Source: Vicugna vicugna
Taxonomy: Eukaryota
Assembly (NCBI GenBank): GCA_013265495.1
Contig: MU058540.1
Span: forward strand, 2,009,696-2,073,695
DNA length: 64,000 nucleotides
Direction: 5' to 3'
Positions 1 through 11,969 of the stretch are shown here, piece after piece. Position numbers and translations under genes: made by a program. Position 1 is the first letter of the stretch. Each line of letters starts with the position of its first letter. The notes below the pieces were generated by a model that did no database searches, had not been told where the DNA came from, and worked only from the letters and a program-made list of their open reading frames with translations.

Positions 1-264
1 TTCCCCGCCACTAGCTCAAGTGGTGGCTGTCTTCTCTCCCTCTCTCCTCCTGCCACTGGCCAGGAGGTGGGGTCTGTGATCTACTCGCTCCACTTCCAGA
101 ATATGATGCTTTCTTCTTCCCCCTAAACTCCCAGCTTTAAATCTCATGCTATTTAATGGAACAATTGTTGCAGACATCTACTGACCTTTGGTTACTCCTG
201 ATTCTTTGAAGAGTTTAGCACCTAATGCTGTGCCCTTGTCCCTAATACCACTCTGGTTGTAATT

Positions 265-1710
265 TTTTTTTTTGAAACATAACTGACCTACAACACTTTA
301 TTAGTTCCTGGTGTACAACACAGTGATTCAATATTTCTATGCATTACAAAATGCTCACTACAATAAGTTACCATCTGTCATCATACAAAGATGTTACCTA
401 GTTATTGACTATATTCCCCACACTATACATTTCATCCCCATGACTCATTCATTTTGAAACTGGAACCTCTTAATTTCCCTCACCTATTTCATTCATCCTC
501 CTCTCCCCTTTGGCAACCATCTATTTTTATCTCTGTATCTATGATTCTGTTTCTATTTTGTTATGTTTGTTTATTTGTTTTGTTGTTTAGATTCCATATA
601 TAAGTGAAATCATACAGTATTTGTCTCTGTCTGACTTATTTCACTTGGCATAATACTCTCTAGGTCCATCCATGTTGTCACAAATGACAAGATTTCATTT
701 TTAATGGCTGAGTAATATTCCATTGTGATATCTATCTATCTATCTATCTATCTATCTCACATCTTTTTTTTTAAAGATTTTTTTCATCCATTCATCTATC
801 AATGGGCACTTAGGTTGCTTTCATATCTTGACTATTGTAAATAGTGCTCAACAAACAGGGATGCATGTATATTATCAAACAGGTGGCTTTGTTTTCTTTG
901 GAAAAACACCCAGAAGTGGAATTGATGGATTGTATCGTAGTTCTATTTTAATTTTTATTTAAAAAATTTTTTAAATATTAAAAAATATTTAACCTCCATA
1001 CTGTTTTTCATAGTGGCTACATAAATTTGTATTTCCACCAAGAGTGTAGGAGGGTTCCCTTTTCTCCATATGCTTGCCACTGCTTGTTATGTCTTGTCTT
1101 TTTGCTGATAGTCATTCTGATAGGTGTGAGGTGACATCTCATGGTGGTTTTGTTTATTTATTTATTTATTTATGTATGTTGAGATATAGTCAATTTACAA
1201 TGTTGTAATTTCTGGTATACAGTGTACTGATTCAGTTATATGTATATACCTTTTCATATTCTTTTTCATTATAGGGTATTACAAGTTATTGAATATAGCT
1301 CCTTGTGCTATATAGTAGGACCTTTTTGTTTATCTATTTTATATACAGTAGTTAGTATCTGCAAATCCCAAACTCCCAGTTTGTCCCTCCCCATCCCCTT
1401 TCCCCCCTGGTAACCATAAGTTTATTTTCTATATTTGTGAATCTGTCTCTGTTTTGTCAGTCAGTTCATTTGCGTCCTTTTTTTTAGATTCCACATATAA
1501 GTGATATCATATGGTTTTTTTCTTTCTCTTTCTGGCTTATTTCACTTCGTATGATGATCTCCAGGTCCACCCAGGTCACTGTGGTTTTGATGTACATTCC
1601 CCTAATGATTAGTGATGTTGAGTGTCTTTTCATGTGCCTGTTGGCCACCTATATGTCTTCTTTGGAAAAAAATGTCTATTCAGCTCCTCTGCCCATTTTT
1701 TAATGGGCTG
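265..1710 (-). mobile_element. L1 3' fragment with a nested younger L1 3' end (~1153-1575)
   Basis: L1 3'UTR/ORF2-end motifs (ttagattccatatataagtga, ctaatgattagtgatgttgag); gtggttttg repeated around the nested piece. Confidence 0.85.
728..756. repeat. (TATC)n microsatellite within an L1 3'UTR
   Basis: atatctatctatctatctatctatctatc. Confidence 0.9.
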
Positions 1711-2114
1711 TTTGTTCCAGTCATAATTCTTGATGTGTTCAGTGTCCACCTAGTTGGTCCTTCCCACCACCTGGCCTCTCAGTCCCCTGACTTCTCTCCT
1801 TCTGTGACCCTGCCCTTCACCTGGCCTCAGCCTTCTCTCCCATGGTCACACCTGAGGCTTTGCTGTTACCAGTGACAGGCTTCTCATTTGGGACTGCTCT
1901 TTGCTGGCCCTGCCTGAGATCTGAGCTACAGGCAACCTGTCTCCACTTATAGCCTCCTCCCCTGATTCTTCATCTGCGTTGGTTTGGGCACCACTTTTGC
2001 CCATTTCGTAGTGTGTAGTTTTAGTCATCTCCTATTTTTGTCATAGAGGGCCCTTCTAGTGACTGTACTGGATTAATCAATATGAGATCACTCACCAGAG
2101 GCTCTGGATGGGAT

Positions 2115-2720
2115 GCGTGCCCAGTTATCTATTGCTCTATAACATAGTGGCATAAAACGATAACTGTTTTCTTTGCTCATGAGCTTGTGGGTCAGTGATT
2201 TAGTCAGACTCAGTTGGGTGATTCTTCTGCTCATCTCACCTGGTGGCAGGTATCTGGATGAAAAACCCAAGACAGTCGGCCTGTTGGTGCTGGCCATCGG
2301 TTGGGACTGTCTCTCCATGGTCTCTCATCCTCCAGGAGGACAGCCCAGGCTTCTTCCCCTGGCAGTGGGTGAGGGGAAGCTGTATGGCCTCTGAACACCC
2401 CAAAATCACCTCTGCCGTATTCTTTTGGTCGTAGCACATTGCAAGGCCAAGTCGGATTTTAGGGAGTAGAGAACTAGATCCCCCCTCTTCTTTCTGTTTT
2501 CGGGGGGAAGTCATTAGGTTTATTTACTTATTTATTTTTTAAGGTACTGGGAATTGAACCCAGGACCTTGTGCATGCTAAGCACGTGCTCTACCACTCAG
2601 CTATTCCTGCCTCCCCCAGACTCCCCATCTCGATGGGAGCTGCAGTGAAGTCACATTGCGAAGAGGTTTGCATATGGAGAAGGGAGGGTTTGTGGCCATT
2701 TTATCTCACAATCTGCCACA
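2115..2720 (-). mobile_element. MaLR (MLT1-like) LTR interrupted by a SINE
   Basis: cagttatctattgct...gctcatgagcttgtgggtcag...caatctgccaca pattern typical of MLT1 LTRs. Confidence 0.6.
2490..2617 (-). mobile_element. tRNA-derived SINE (Vic-1-like)
   Basis: ggtactgggaattgaacccaggaccttgtgcatgctaagcacgtgctctaccactcagcta. Confidence 0.85.
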
Positions 2721-2759
2721 GTGTGTCAGCTCGTGCAGCTGGGAGAGGAGTCAGCAGTT

Positions 2760-5010
2760 TGCTTGGTTGACTGACTACAAAACTTGGACTTGGTGATCAC
2801 CTCCATTCAGTGAAGTTGAGGTGCTAGCACTTGTTCTGGAGATGATGCAGGAAAACAGATGTGGGGCGTGAGGAGGGCCTTGTCCCAGGTCTCGGTTGAG
2901 CCCCTGGGACGTGCCTCGCCAGGTGTGGGTCCTTTGCTTCTCACAGGAAAGAATTCAAGTGCGAGCCACCGTGAGTAAAGGTAGATTTATTTAGAGAGGT
3001 ACACACTGCATAGAGTGTAAGGCAAGAGAAAGGCAAGGAAAGAGGTCTGGGAATTGGGTGCTCAGGTTAAAGTAAAAGTAGGTACACACTCCATGGACAG
3101 AGTGTGGGCCGTCTCCAAAGAGGAGGGAGCGAGGAGGGAGCGAAAAGGGCCACTATGCGGGGTGTTGTCGGTTTTTATGGGCTCAGTAGCTTCACAGGCC
3201 TACAGGTGGGACCATTCCAACTGTCCAGGGGAAGTGGCTGGGATTCCCCGGGATTGGGCCACCACCCATTCTTTGGCCTTTTGCAGTTGTCCTTGGGACT
3301 CTCATGGTGCCTGCGGGCATGTTACTTATCAGGCTGTTACAATAAGCATATAATGAAGCTCAAGACCTACTAGAAGTCAAACCTCTTAATCCTCAAGGCC
3401 AACTAGGAGGTGTATCTTCCATGATTTTGGTGTTAAATTGCTGTCATTCCTTGAGTGGCTGTGCCCTGCCCCTTTCCCTCCTGTCTCAGAATCAGGTAGG
3501 ACACACCCACCCGAGGGCTCTCAGAATCCTGTAACAGGGGAAGTACCCAGGGTCCTCCACCAGCTGTGTACTGGCTGTTTCCCACAGGCTGGGAGTAGTG
3601 GGAAGCAGGGGCACCCACCCTTGAGACAGGCTCCCATATTCCAACAGGAGAGGTGAAGTCCTGGAGTAGGAGGGGCCAAGTGGCAGCATTATTCACCAGA
3701 GACAAAAGGGGCATCGGAGAATGGTAATCAGAATGTTTTGATCTGCATGGGTTTCAAAGGTGGCTAATTGATCATGGCATCTCTAGGAATAAAATAGATG
3801 AACAACCTATAAATATTTCTTGATCTACAGAAACATGACAGGTCAGGCAGCCAGAACCTTTGGTCCCCACAATGATGGTCACAGTCCCCACACAGTCTCT
3901 GGACTTAAGGCAGTTCATAGACTCAGAGCGCCTTGATTGAGTTGAGGCCAGTGTCCCCTTAAGACAAGATCTTGCAAAATCCCATCAGCAAACAGTAGAA
4001 ATCTTCCCCAAAGCTTTCCTCCAAGGACCCTGCAGCCATTTACTAGGGTAACTGTGTCTTGGGGAAAGGAACATTCGCAGACTCTTTGGAGATCACTAGA
4101 TACTGGCTTTGAATTGTCATTAATTCCTGGAAACCAAAAAAGGCCACCGAGGGCTTATGGTGATCAGATGATAAATGGAATTGTGGCTGAAGTCTAAACC
4201 ACAGTGAGCCAAGCAGAACCATAGACCCATCCTGTTCTTATTTCCCTAGTTCTTGAATAAATACTTGGCCGGTGGTAGAATCCTCACACTAGCTGAATAA
4301 GAACCACTGAATAAAGGCTATTAGGGCAGGAAGGACCACAAGGAAGGATCCTAGAACTTACCTTCCCTAACCAGATAGTAAAGTAAAAGCAGTGTTGCAG
4401 GCTTGGGGAAATTGCAGGGATGATGCTGCCTGTTACACCCCCATTTATCTTATCTGTTTGGTTTGTGCAAGGCAGATGGCTCTCAGAGAATTTCTGTAAT
4501 TCACTGTAAACATAATCAGATGGTGAGTCCAATAGCAGCTGCTGTCCCAGATGAGCTATCTTGATTGGAGCAAATTAGCATAGTCTCCTGTCTCCCTGGG
4601 ACAGCCCTATTGATCTGGCAAATGGTAATTTCTCTGTAACAACTTGCAAGTATTACCCCAAGCAGTTTAATATCACCTACCATGCCCAACAGTATGCCTT
4701 TATGGTCTTGCCTCAGGGCTACGTTAACCTTCTTGCTCTTTGTAATCTAGTCTGCAGAGGTTTTAATCATTCCACTATCTCACAGAACATCATGGCTTTG
4801 ATGATGTTATTCTGATTGGACCTGAGAGGCAGATCATAGCAAGAACTTTAGATATCTTAGTAAGACCCAAGCAAGCCAGAGGGTGGGTGACAAATCCTAT
4901 ATAAATATAGGGACTTACCATCTCATCAACATTTCCTGGGGGTCCAGTGGTTTGGAACAAGTTGGGTTATTTCCTTAAAGGTGAGTGTGGTCCCTTGTAC
5001 TGTCTGACTG
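2760..5010 (+). mobile_element. Degenerate ERVL (class III) internal gag-pro-pol relic
   Basis: Manual translation: LQPFTRVTVSWGK...LDTG protease motif (4096-4107), [13 protein letters not shown] (LPQG 4708-4719), FDDVILIG (DD 4800-4805); many stops and frameshifts. Confidence 0.85.
2860..3488 (-). mobile_element. Solo LTR inserted into the ERVL relic
   Basis: TG...CA ends, AATAAA on the minus strand at 2991-2986, interrupts ERVL gag-like sequence. Confidence 0.6.
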
Positions 5011-5019
5011 AAAACAAGA

Positions 5020-5380
5020 AATCTGATAGGAATTGCACTGAATTGTAGATCAATTTGAGGAGTATTGACGTATTAAGAATATTGAGCCTTCCAACCCAGG
5101 AACACGGGATGTCCTTCCATTTATGTAGATCTTCTTCTGTTTCTTTCAGTGATGTTTTGCAGTTTTCAGCATACAAATCTTGCACTTCCTTTGTTAAATT
5201 TATTCTTAAGTATTTTATCCCTTTTAATGCTTTTGTGAATAGAATTCTTTTCTTAATATCATTTTCATTTTTGGATTGTTCATTGCTCAGTGTAGAGAAA
5301 TACGGCTGATTTTTGTACATTGATCTTGTATCCTGCAACTTTGCTGAACTCATTTATTAGCTCTACTAGGTTTTGGGTGG
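5020..5380 (-). mobile_element. L1 ORF2 fragment (RT region)
   Basis: ORFs give [24 protein letters not shown] and IKYLRINLTKEVQDLY...[14 protein letters not shown]. Confidence 0.9.
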
Positions 5381-5599
5381 CAGATGCCTGATTCTTGATA
5401 GACATGTGGCTGTTCATGGTGTAGCTCACACTTCCAGCCTTCCTTGCAGCTTTATATATGGGCAAAGGGTTAAGTTCTGAGTGTGAATGAAAGTGACGTG
5501 TGCAACTCCGAGCTGTGCTGGCCCCTTGTCCTTTCCTACTCTCTTTCAACTGGAATGGGGTCAGCCATCTTGGCCTGTCTTGAGAAGATCTGCCATCCG

Positions 5600-5785
5600 T
5601 TTTCATAGACAAAGTTTCACTGGAATATAGTGATTTACTATATTACTCATTCATTTATGTATCATCTATGGATGCTTTCATGCTATGATGGCAGTGTTGA
5701 GTATTTGCGACAGAGACCCCATGGCCTGCATGGCCTAAAATATTTACCATCTGGTGCATTATGGAAAAAGTTTGCCAATATCTGG
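5600..5785. mobile_element. MER58A-like hAT element
   Basis: gagtatttgcgacagagacc...cctaaaatatttaccatctgg...aaagtttgcc. Confidence 0.6.
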
Positions 5786-5902
5786 CTTAGAGGACCTTTC
5801 TATAGGAGGATTTTATGATCTTATTTCTCCAGAACTGATTTTACAGTCACTGGTATTTGAAGCATCACTATTTGGGGTTTCCTTGTGTTAATTTCTATCC
5901 CA

Positions 5903-7552
5903 GTAATCTACAGATTTAATGCAATCCCTATGAAATTACCCATGACATTTTTCAAATAATCCTAAAATTTATATGGAATCACAAAATGTCCAGAATTGCC
6001 AAAGGAATATTGAAGAAAAAGAACGAATCTGACTTCAGACATTACTACAGAGCTACAGTAAATTGGCATTAAAAACAGACATATGGATCAATGGAACAGA
6101 ATAGAGAGCCCAGAAATAAACCTACAGACCTACGGTCAATTAATCTTTGACAAAGGAGGCAAGAATATACAATGGAGAAAAGACAGTCCCTTGAGCAAGT
6201 GGTGTTGAGAAAACTAGATAGCAGTGTGTAAATCAATGAAGTTAGAACACTCTCTCAGACCATACACAAAAATAAACTCACAATGTCATAAAGACTTAAA
6301 TATAGGAGAAGATACAATAAACCTCCTAGAAGAAAACAGAGGCAAAACATTATCTGACATAAATCTCAGCAATGTTCTCCTAGGGCAGTCTACCCAGGCA
6401 ATAGAAATAAAAGCAAAAATTAACAAATGGGACCTAATAAAACTTGTAAGCTTTTGCACAGCAAAGGAAACCATAAGAAAAACAAAAAGACAACCCATGG
6501 AATGGAAGGAAATATTTGCAAAAGATGAGACTGACAAGGGCTTAATTTCTATAATATATAAGCAGCTCATACAACTTAATAATAAAAAAAAAACCCAATC
6601 CAAAAATGGGCAGAAGACCTAAACAAGGAATTTTCCAGTGAAGACAAATGAATGGCCAACAGGCACATGAAAAAATGCTCAGCATTGCTAATTATCAGAG
6701 AAATGCAAATCAAAACTACCATGAGGTATCATCTCACACCAGTCAGAATAGCCATCATTCAAAAGTCCACAAACAATAAATGCTTGAGAGGGGATGGAGA
6801 AAAGGGAACCCTCCTACACTGTTGGTGGGAAATGTAATTTGGTGCAGCTGTTATGGAAAACAGTATGGAGATTCCTCAAAAGACTGAAAATAGACTTGCA
6901 GTATGATTCAGCAATCCCGTATATATCCAGAGGAATATATCCAAAGGGGACCTTAATTCAAAAAGATACATGCAGCTCAATGTTCATAGCAGTACTATTT
7001 ACAATAGCTAAGACGTGGAAACAACCTAAATGTCCATCAACAGATGACTGGATAAAGAAGTTGTGGTATATTTACACAACAGAATACTATTCAGCCATAA
7101 AAAAGAATAAAACAATGCCATTTGCAGTTAACAAGGATGGACCTGGAGACTGTTATTCTAAGTGAAGTAAGCCAGAAAGAGAAAGAAAAATACCGTATCA
7201 CTTATATGTGGAACCTAAAAAACAAACAAACAAAAAACCCCGAACTTACTTACAAGACAGAAACAGACTCACAGACGTAGAAAATAAACTTACGATTACA
7301 GGGGGCAGGGGTGGGAAGAGATAAATTTGGGAGTTTGAAATTTGCAAATGTTAGGCACTATATATAAAAATAGATTTTAAAAAAAGACAAATTTCTTCTG
7401 TATAGCCCAGGGAACTGTATTCAATATCTTATAATAACCTTTAATGAAAAAGAATATGAAAACAAATATATGTATGTATATGCATGACTGGAACATTGTG
7501 CTGTACACCAGAAATCGACACATTGTAATTGACTGTACTTCAATTAAAAAAA
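5903..7552 (+). mobile_element. 5'-truncated L1 (ORF2 C-terminus, 3'UTR, poly A)
   Basis: ORFs with [43 protein letters not shown]; approximate TSD atttct(a/g)(t/c)cccag. Confidence 0.92.
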
Positions 7553-7674
7553 TATATTTCTGCCCCAGGCTGGCAGCTTGCTTCTTCTCTCCAGAAAGAG
7601 CTCTCCTGGCAGCAACAGCAGCTCATGATTATTATAACCTTTCTGATCCTGAAGAGCAGTCTTATGTTTTAAAA

Positions 7675-7810
7675 ATTATTTTCATTTATTTATCTATTTG
7701 GGGGGGTAATTAGGTTTATTTATTTACATTGACGGAGGTACTGGGGGTTGAACCTATAACCTTTATCTATCCTAAGCGTGCTCTCTACCACTGAGCTATA
7801 CCCTCCCCCC
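7675..7810 (-). mobile_element. tRNA-derived SINE (Vic-1-like)
   Basis: ggaggtactgggggttgaacc...ctctaccactgagctataccctcccc. Confidence 0.85.
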
Positions 7811-7829
7811 ATCTAGGTTTTATTAGATT

Positions 7830-10800
7830 CTCTCTCTTTCCCTCTCTCTCCTTCCTGTAATTTGCCTTCATGTTCTTGAGTTCTCTGCTTAGAAGTTTTT
7901 TGCTTTCTCTGCAGCTAAGAGCTTCTGCCCTCCTCCTGTTCATTCTTTCTCAAGCCAGCTTCTTCTGCTGAGCTCCCTTCTCTGCCGTCGCGGTAGTTAA
8001 GGGTCTCTGCTCTGCCGTCGGGTCTGCCTTTCTCCTCCTCCCTCACTGTGGCTGAATGCTACTCTTGTCCTGCTTGTACCGCATCACTCAGTTTGTATTA
8101 GAAACGGTCTCTTTTTCAAGTACAGTACTTTTTTGTTTTAAATAAGTATAATTTACACGCAAAAATACTCTGCTGCTAAATGTCCAGTGTGATGGATTTT
8201 GACAATTGTATGCACCTGGGTAGCCACTATCCAAAACAAGGCAGAGAACGTTCCATCTTCTGGCTTTTCCCAGTCGATTCCCACCTCTCCTTCCCAGAGG
8301 CAATCAATTACTGTTCTGATTTCGCTCACCAGATTAACTTTGCCTGTTCTTGGACTTCACATAATCAGAATCATATGGAGTGTGCTCTTTTGTGTCTGAT
8401 TATTTTCCGCCACTCAACAGAGCATAACGTTTTTGAGATGTATCCTTGGTGCCTGAATTAGATGGTTCCTTTTTTACTGCTAGTGTGTGGATAGACCAGT
8501 TTGGTTATCCATTTGCCTGTTGACGAACAATTGCGTTTTCCCAGCTCAAGTACAGTTATTTTTTTTTAACCAGAATTTTGTTCATGGCCTTTTCCGTCGT
8601 TCAAGTATTGTCATCTTGTCATTTTCAGTTTTATAATGCAATTATCCAAAAGTTGAATTTCTTTCTTTTATTTTTGGAAGCCAGAGCTTCTGGTTGTCAA
8701 TCCTGGCTGCCCAGTAGAATCACCTGGGGAGCTTGTAAATCCCAACCATTAGGCCCAACACCTGAGACCTATTAAGCGAGGCTCTCCGGAAGCGGGGGCC
8801 CAGAGACCGTGGTTTTAAGGCTCCCCTGTGGTTACACTTTGTGGCCAGTTGGGGGAGCTCCTGCACGAAGTCTCCTGGCGTCCGCGGAAGGCGTGGAGAG
8901 CTGCTCGCTCCTCTGACTCTTCCTGTAGTAATTGCTCCGTGCTCTTCTTAGGTTCGGTATTTTTCTTCTCTAAAATTTGATGGCATTTAGACTTCATCTT
9001 CTCTTCAGTTGGTTTTGTTTCTTTAAAGTCTTTTCTTTCCTAAACTTTCACCAGATTCCTTGTAACAAGCTCCTTTACACTCTTCTCTTTCAGCTCCCCC
9101 TCAAAAAAGGCAGATTTTTCTCCCTGCATTTGAGCCGGATCCTCAAGCCCTTCAGAGAGCGCGTTGTACAGCCTGGGCACCTCTTCAGGTGAGTTCTCCT
9201 TTTGTACATTGGTTTCTTCAAAAGTGATGTTAGCTGCTTTGGTCATAAATTGATATTTTGTAAAAACTTATTTTACTGTTTAAAAAAAAAAGATTTCTGC
9301 AGAACCTGTTTTTCAGTCACTTGGTATCTTTTACTCTCGAAGGAAAAGAAAGTTCCCCAGGAAAATAGCGGCAAATGCACCAATTCCTAGTAAAGCGTAA
9401 TAATTATAGGCTCCCAGGTGCCCTGTGAAAACCGGGGGTTCTCCATCCAAAACATTTGCCCTCTCCTTGGCTGTGAGGCCAGGTAGCTCTTCTGTGTTGT
9501 TTGTTGGCCAGTTTTTGAAGCACTGATGTCCCTCAGCTTGTAGGCAGTCAAACTGCCGGCGTCTTCCAACAGGTGGGGTCTCTTCTGCCTCCAATTAAGG
9601 TCTCGTTCTGCCTTCTCTGGCTGCCTCGTGTCATTTCTCTGCTGGGCCATGTCCCTCATGCCCTCGTTCACCGCTGTGTTCAGTTCCAGTGTCTTCTGGG
9701 CCGCATGGGTCTCTGGGGCAGCCAGTGGGACAGGACACCTTTCTCCACCGCTGGTGCGTCTGTGTCTGTCTGTTCCTGACCCAGAGGGCTGTCCCTCCAA
9801 GTGTGAGTACTTGCCCACCCCACCTTTCTGCCTCCTGACTGTGCGCTTGCAGGGTCAAGTCGCAAGGGCAGGAGACTAGAGGTCGACTAGGGAGATTCGA
9901 GTGCTGGACTAGGGTGGGCAGTGGGCCTGTCAGTTCCAGCCGCTGGCAGTAAGGGAGGGCATGGTCTGGGGAGATTTGTTGTGATTTTACCTTCTGTTTA
10001 GGTGGTGTAGCTTGCATACATAATATGGACGGTTTTCTCTGTTTAATGGACTGCCCACTTTTTCTCTTCTACCTTAGACTTCTTTCTTAAATCACATCAA
10101 GGTTGCAAAATGTAAAATTGGTGAGACAGATGTAGAGAATTTAAAAATAATGATGAAACTGATTAGTTCATCTGCTTTTTATTGTAAAACCATGCAGTGA
10201 CAGTCCTAATCAATGTCAGTGGGTAGGGGAGGGTATAGCTCTGTGGCAGAGTGCGTGCTTAGCATGCACGAGGTCCTGTCCTGGGCTCAATCCCCAGTAC
10301 TGCCATTAAAAAAACAAGCAACAAAAGAAAAAAAAAAAACCCTAATTACCTCCCCTGCAAAAAATAGAAACGGAAAAAATATTTTTAAAAAATAAAATTA
10401 AAAATGGCAAAATTGAGTGTAAACTGCTAGGTGTGTGTGTGTATATGTGTGTATAAATGTATATTTTTTGTTAATGCAGAATTTCATACATGAAAAACTT
10501 TGCTCGATTGAATATTTTAAAATTTTGAAGCTATTCTTTAATAGTTGTTTTAAAACTGAAGAATCAATCAATAAAATGATTATTACTTATTGAAGCATGA
10601 TTATTATTGAAAACAATTTTATTTATAGACAGGGAGGTGTTAAAATGATCCGCCTGAGGTATCCAATGGACCAGTGAGCACAGATGCGGGAGTCCTTGGC
10701 TGGGGCATCCTAGGAGACTTGCTGCACCAGACCTTCTGATCTGACGGGCCCTGTTGGGTGGCTGAATTTCACCTTTGAGCCTTTTCCTCAGGAAGGGCTT

Positions 10801-11650
10801 CTGAGAACACTATTCCTTGAGTTTGGCATGTTCAAAAACTGTTTGGGCTGAGTAGAAATAAATGTCTTGGGTTACATTAGCTTCTTCCAAGATTTGGAGG
10901 CCTTGCTGGTTCTGCTGTCCTCCAACGCTGAATTCAGGAGTAGGGGCGCGTGAGCCTGGGCGCGTTCCTCTGATAGATGATGTGATCTGTTTGCCCCTGG
11001 GTTCAAAGGATTCTTATCATAGCAGTCCAGTAGCTTTACTGGCATTTAGAATTGTTGCCCATTTATCTCCCCTTTTACTGGGATGTGTTCTGTCATTTCC
11101 GGAAGCGGTGCCAGGATTCTGGTTCCAAGTCTGTCTATGAATTTGCTTCTTTAGGGACGCCAAGCACATATGTATTGGCTCTCTTGACCATCTGCCATGT
11201 ATGTCATTTCCTTTTAAGCCTAAGTATTTCCATTTCACGTAGCTCACTCTTCATAGTCTGGTCCTCCGTCCCCCCTTCTGTGTTTCGGCAGCCTCTGTTT
11301 TCCCTGTGATACTTTGAATTTCATCATCTCTTTTGTGCTGCTTTAATTTTCTTTCTTTCACTTGTTTCCTGGGCTTTGCCAGCTCACATTTTGCTCCCTC
11401 TATATGCAATTCTCATATATATTTTGAGTCTCCTTCTTCTGCTCTGGCTTCAGGGAAGAGTTTTTTTTTTTTTAATTGAAGATAAAATATCTGATCAAAT
11501 TTTTCACCTGCTCTGTGGCAACAATTTTCTAATAAGTGTTTTTTCAGTGTCCATGTTTGTCTTCTTTCCTCCTTTTTTCTTGTATCTTTGCATAGATTTC
11601 TCGTTGATTATTCATCTTGGACAAAGGTGAGCTTTTCAGGCGGAGCTGGG
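7830..11650 (-). mobile_element. Very old, degenerate LINE-derived sequence (L1ME/HAL1-like) with MER5A-like (~8690-8830) and SINE inserts
   Basis: Antisense ORF1-like motifs (gggctgagtagaaataaatgtcttgggttac) and weak L1-like peptides; boundaries uncertain. Confidence 0.4.
10226..10400 (+). mobile_element. tRNA-derived SINE (Vic-1-like)
   Basis: ggggagggtatagctctgtggcagagtgcgtgcttagcatgcacgagg...cctaattacctcccc plus A tail. Confidence 0.88.
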
Positions 11651-11969
11651 GCCTTTTCCCAGGCCAGTAGGAATTTCCCTAAATAGCCTGGGGTTATTGT
11701 AGTTGTGCTTTTCCTGTCGGGCAGTGGAAACAAGAGGCTGTGGAGATATTCACCCTGCAAAGCCATGGGTGTGGGCAAAATTAGCAAAGCAAGAAGCTCC
11801 AAAAATTCTCTCCTCCATAAAAGCAATGAGAAAACTGACCAATATAGTCAGAATGAACTTTTCCAAACTCTGGAAATTAACCAAAGACTTGTAGAGATTC
11901 AGGAAGTGTTTATGCAAGAAAAATGGCTGAATCTCAGTAAGAACAGGGAGCTTTTTAGTATTTTTGTTT

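Noticed and set aside
9331..10017. Cluster of overlapping 60-143 aa ORFs
   Set aside because: Explained by locally high GC; no domain or splice structure recognised
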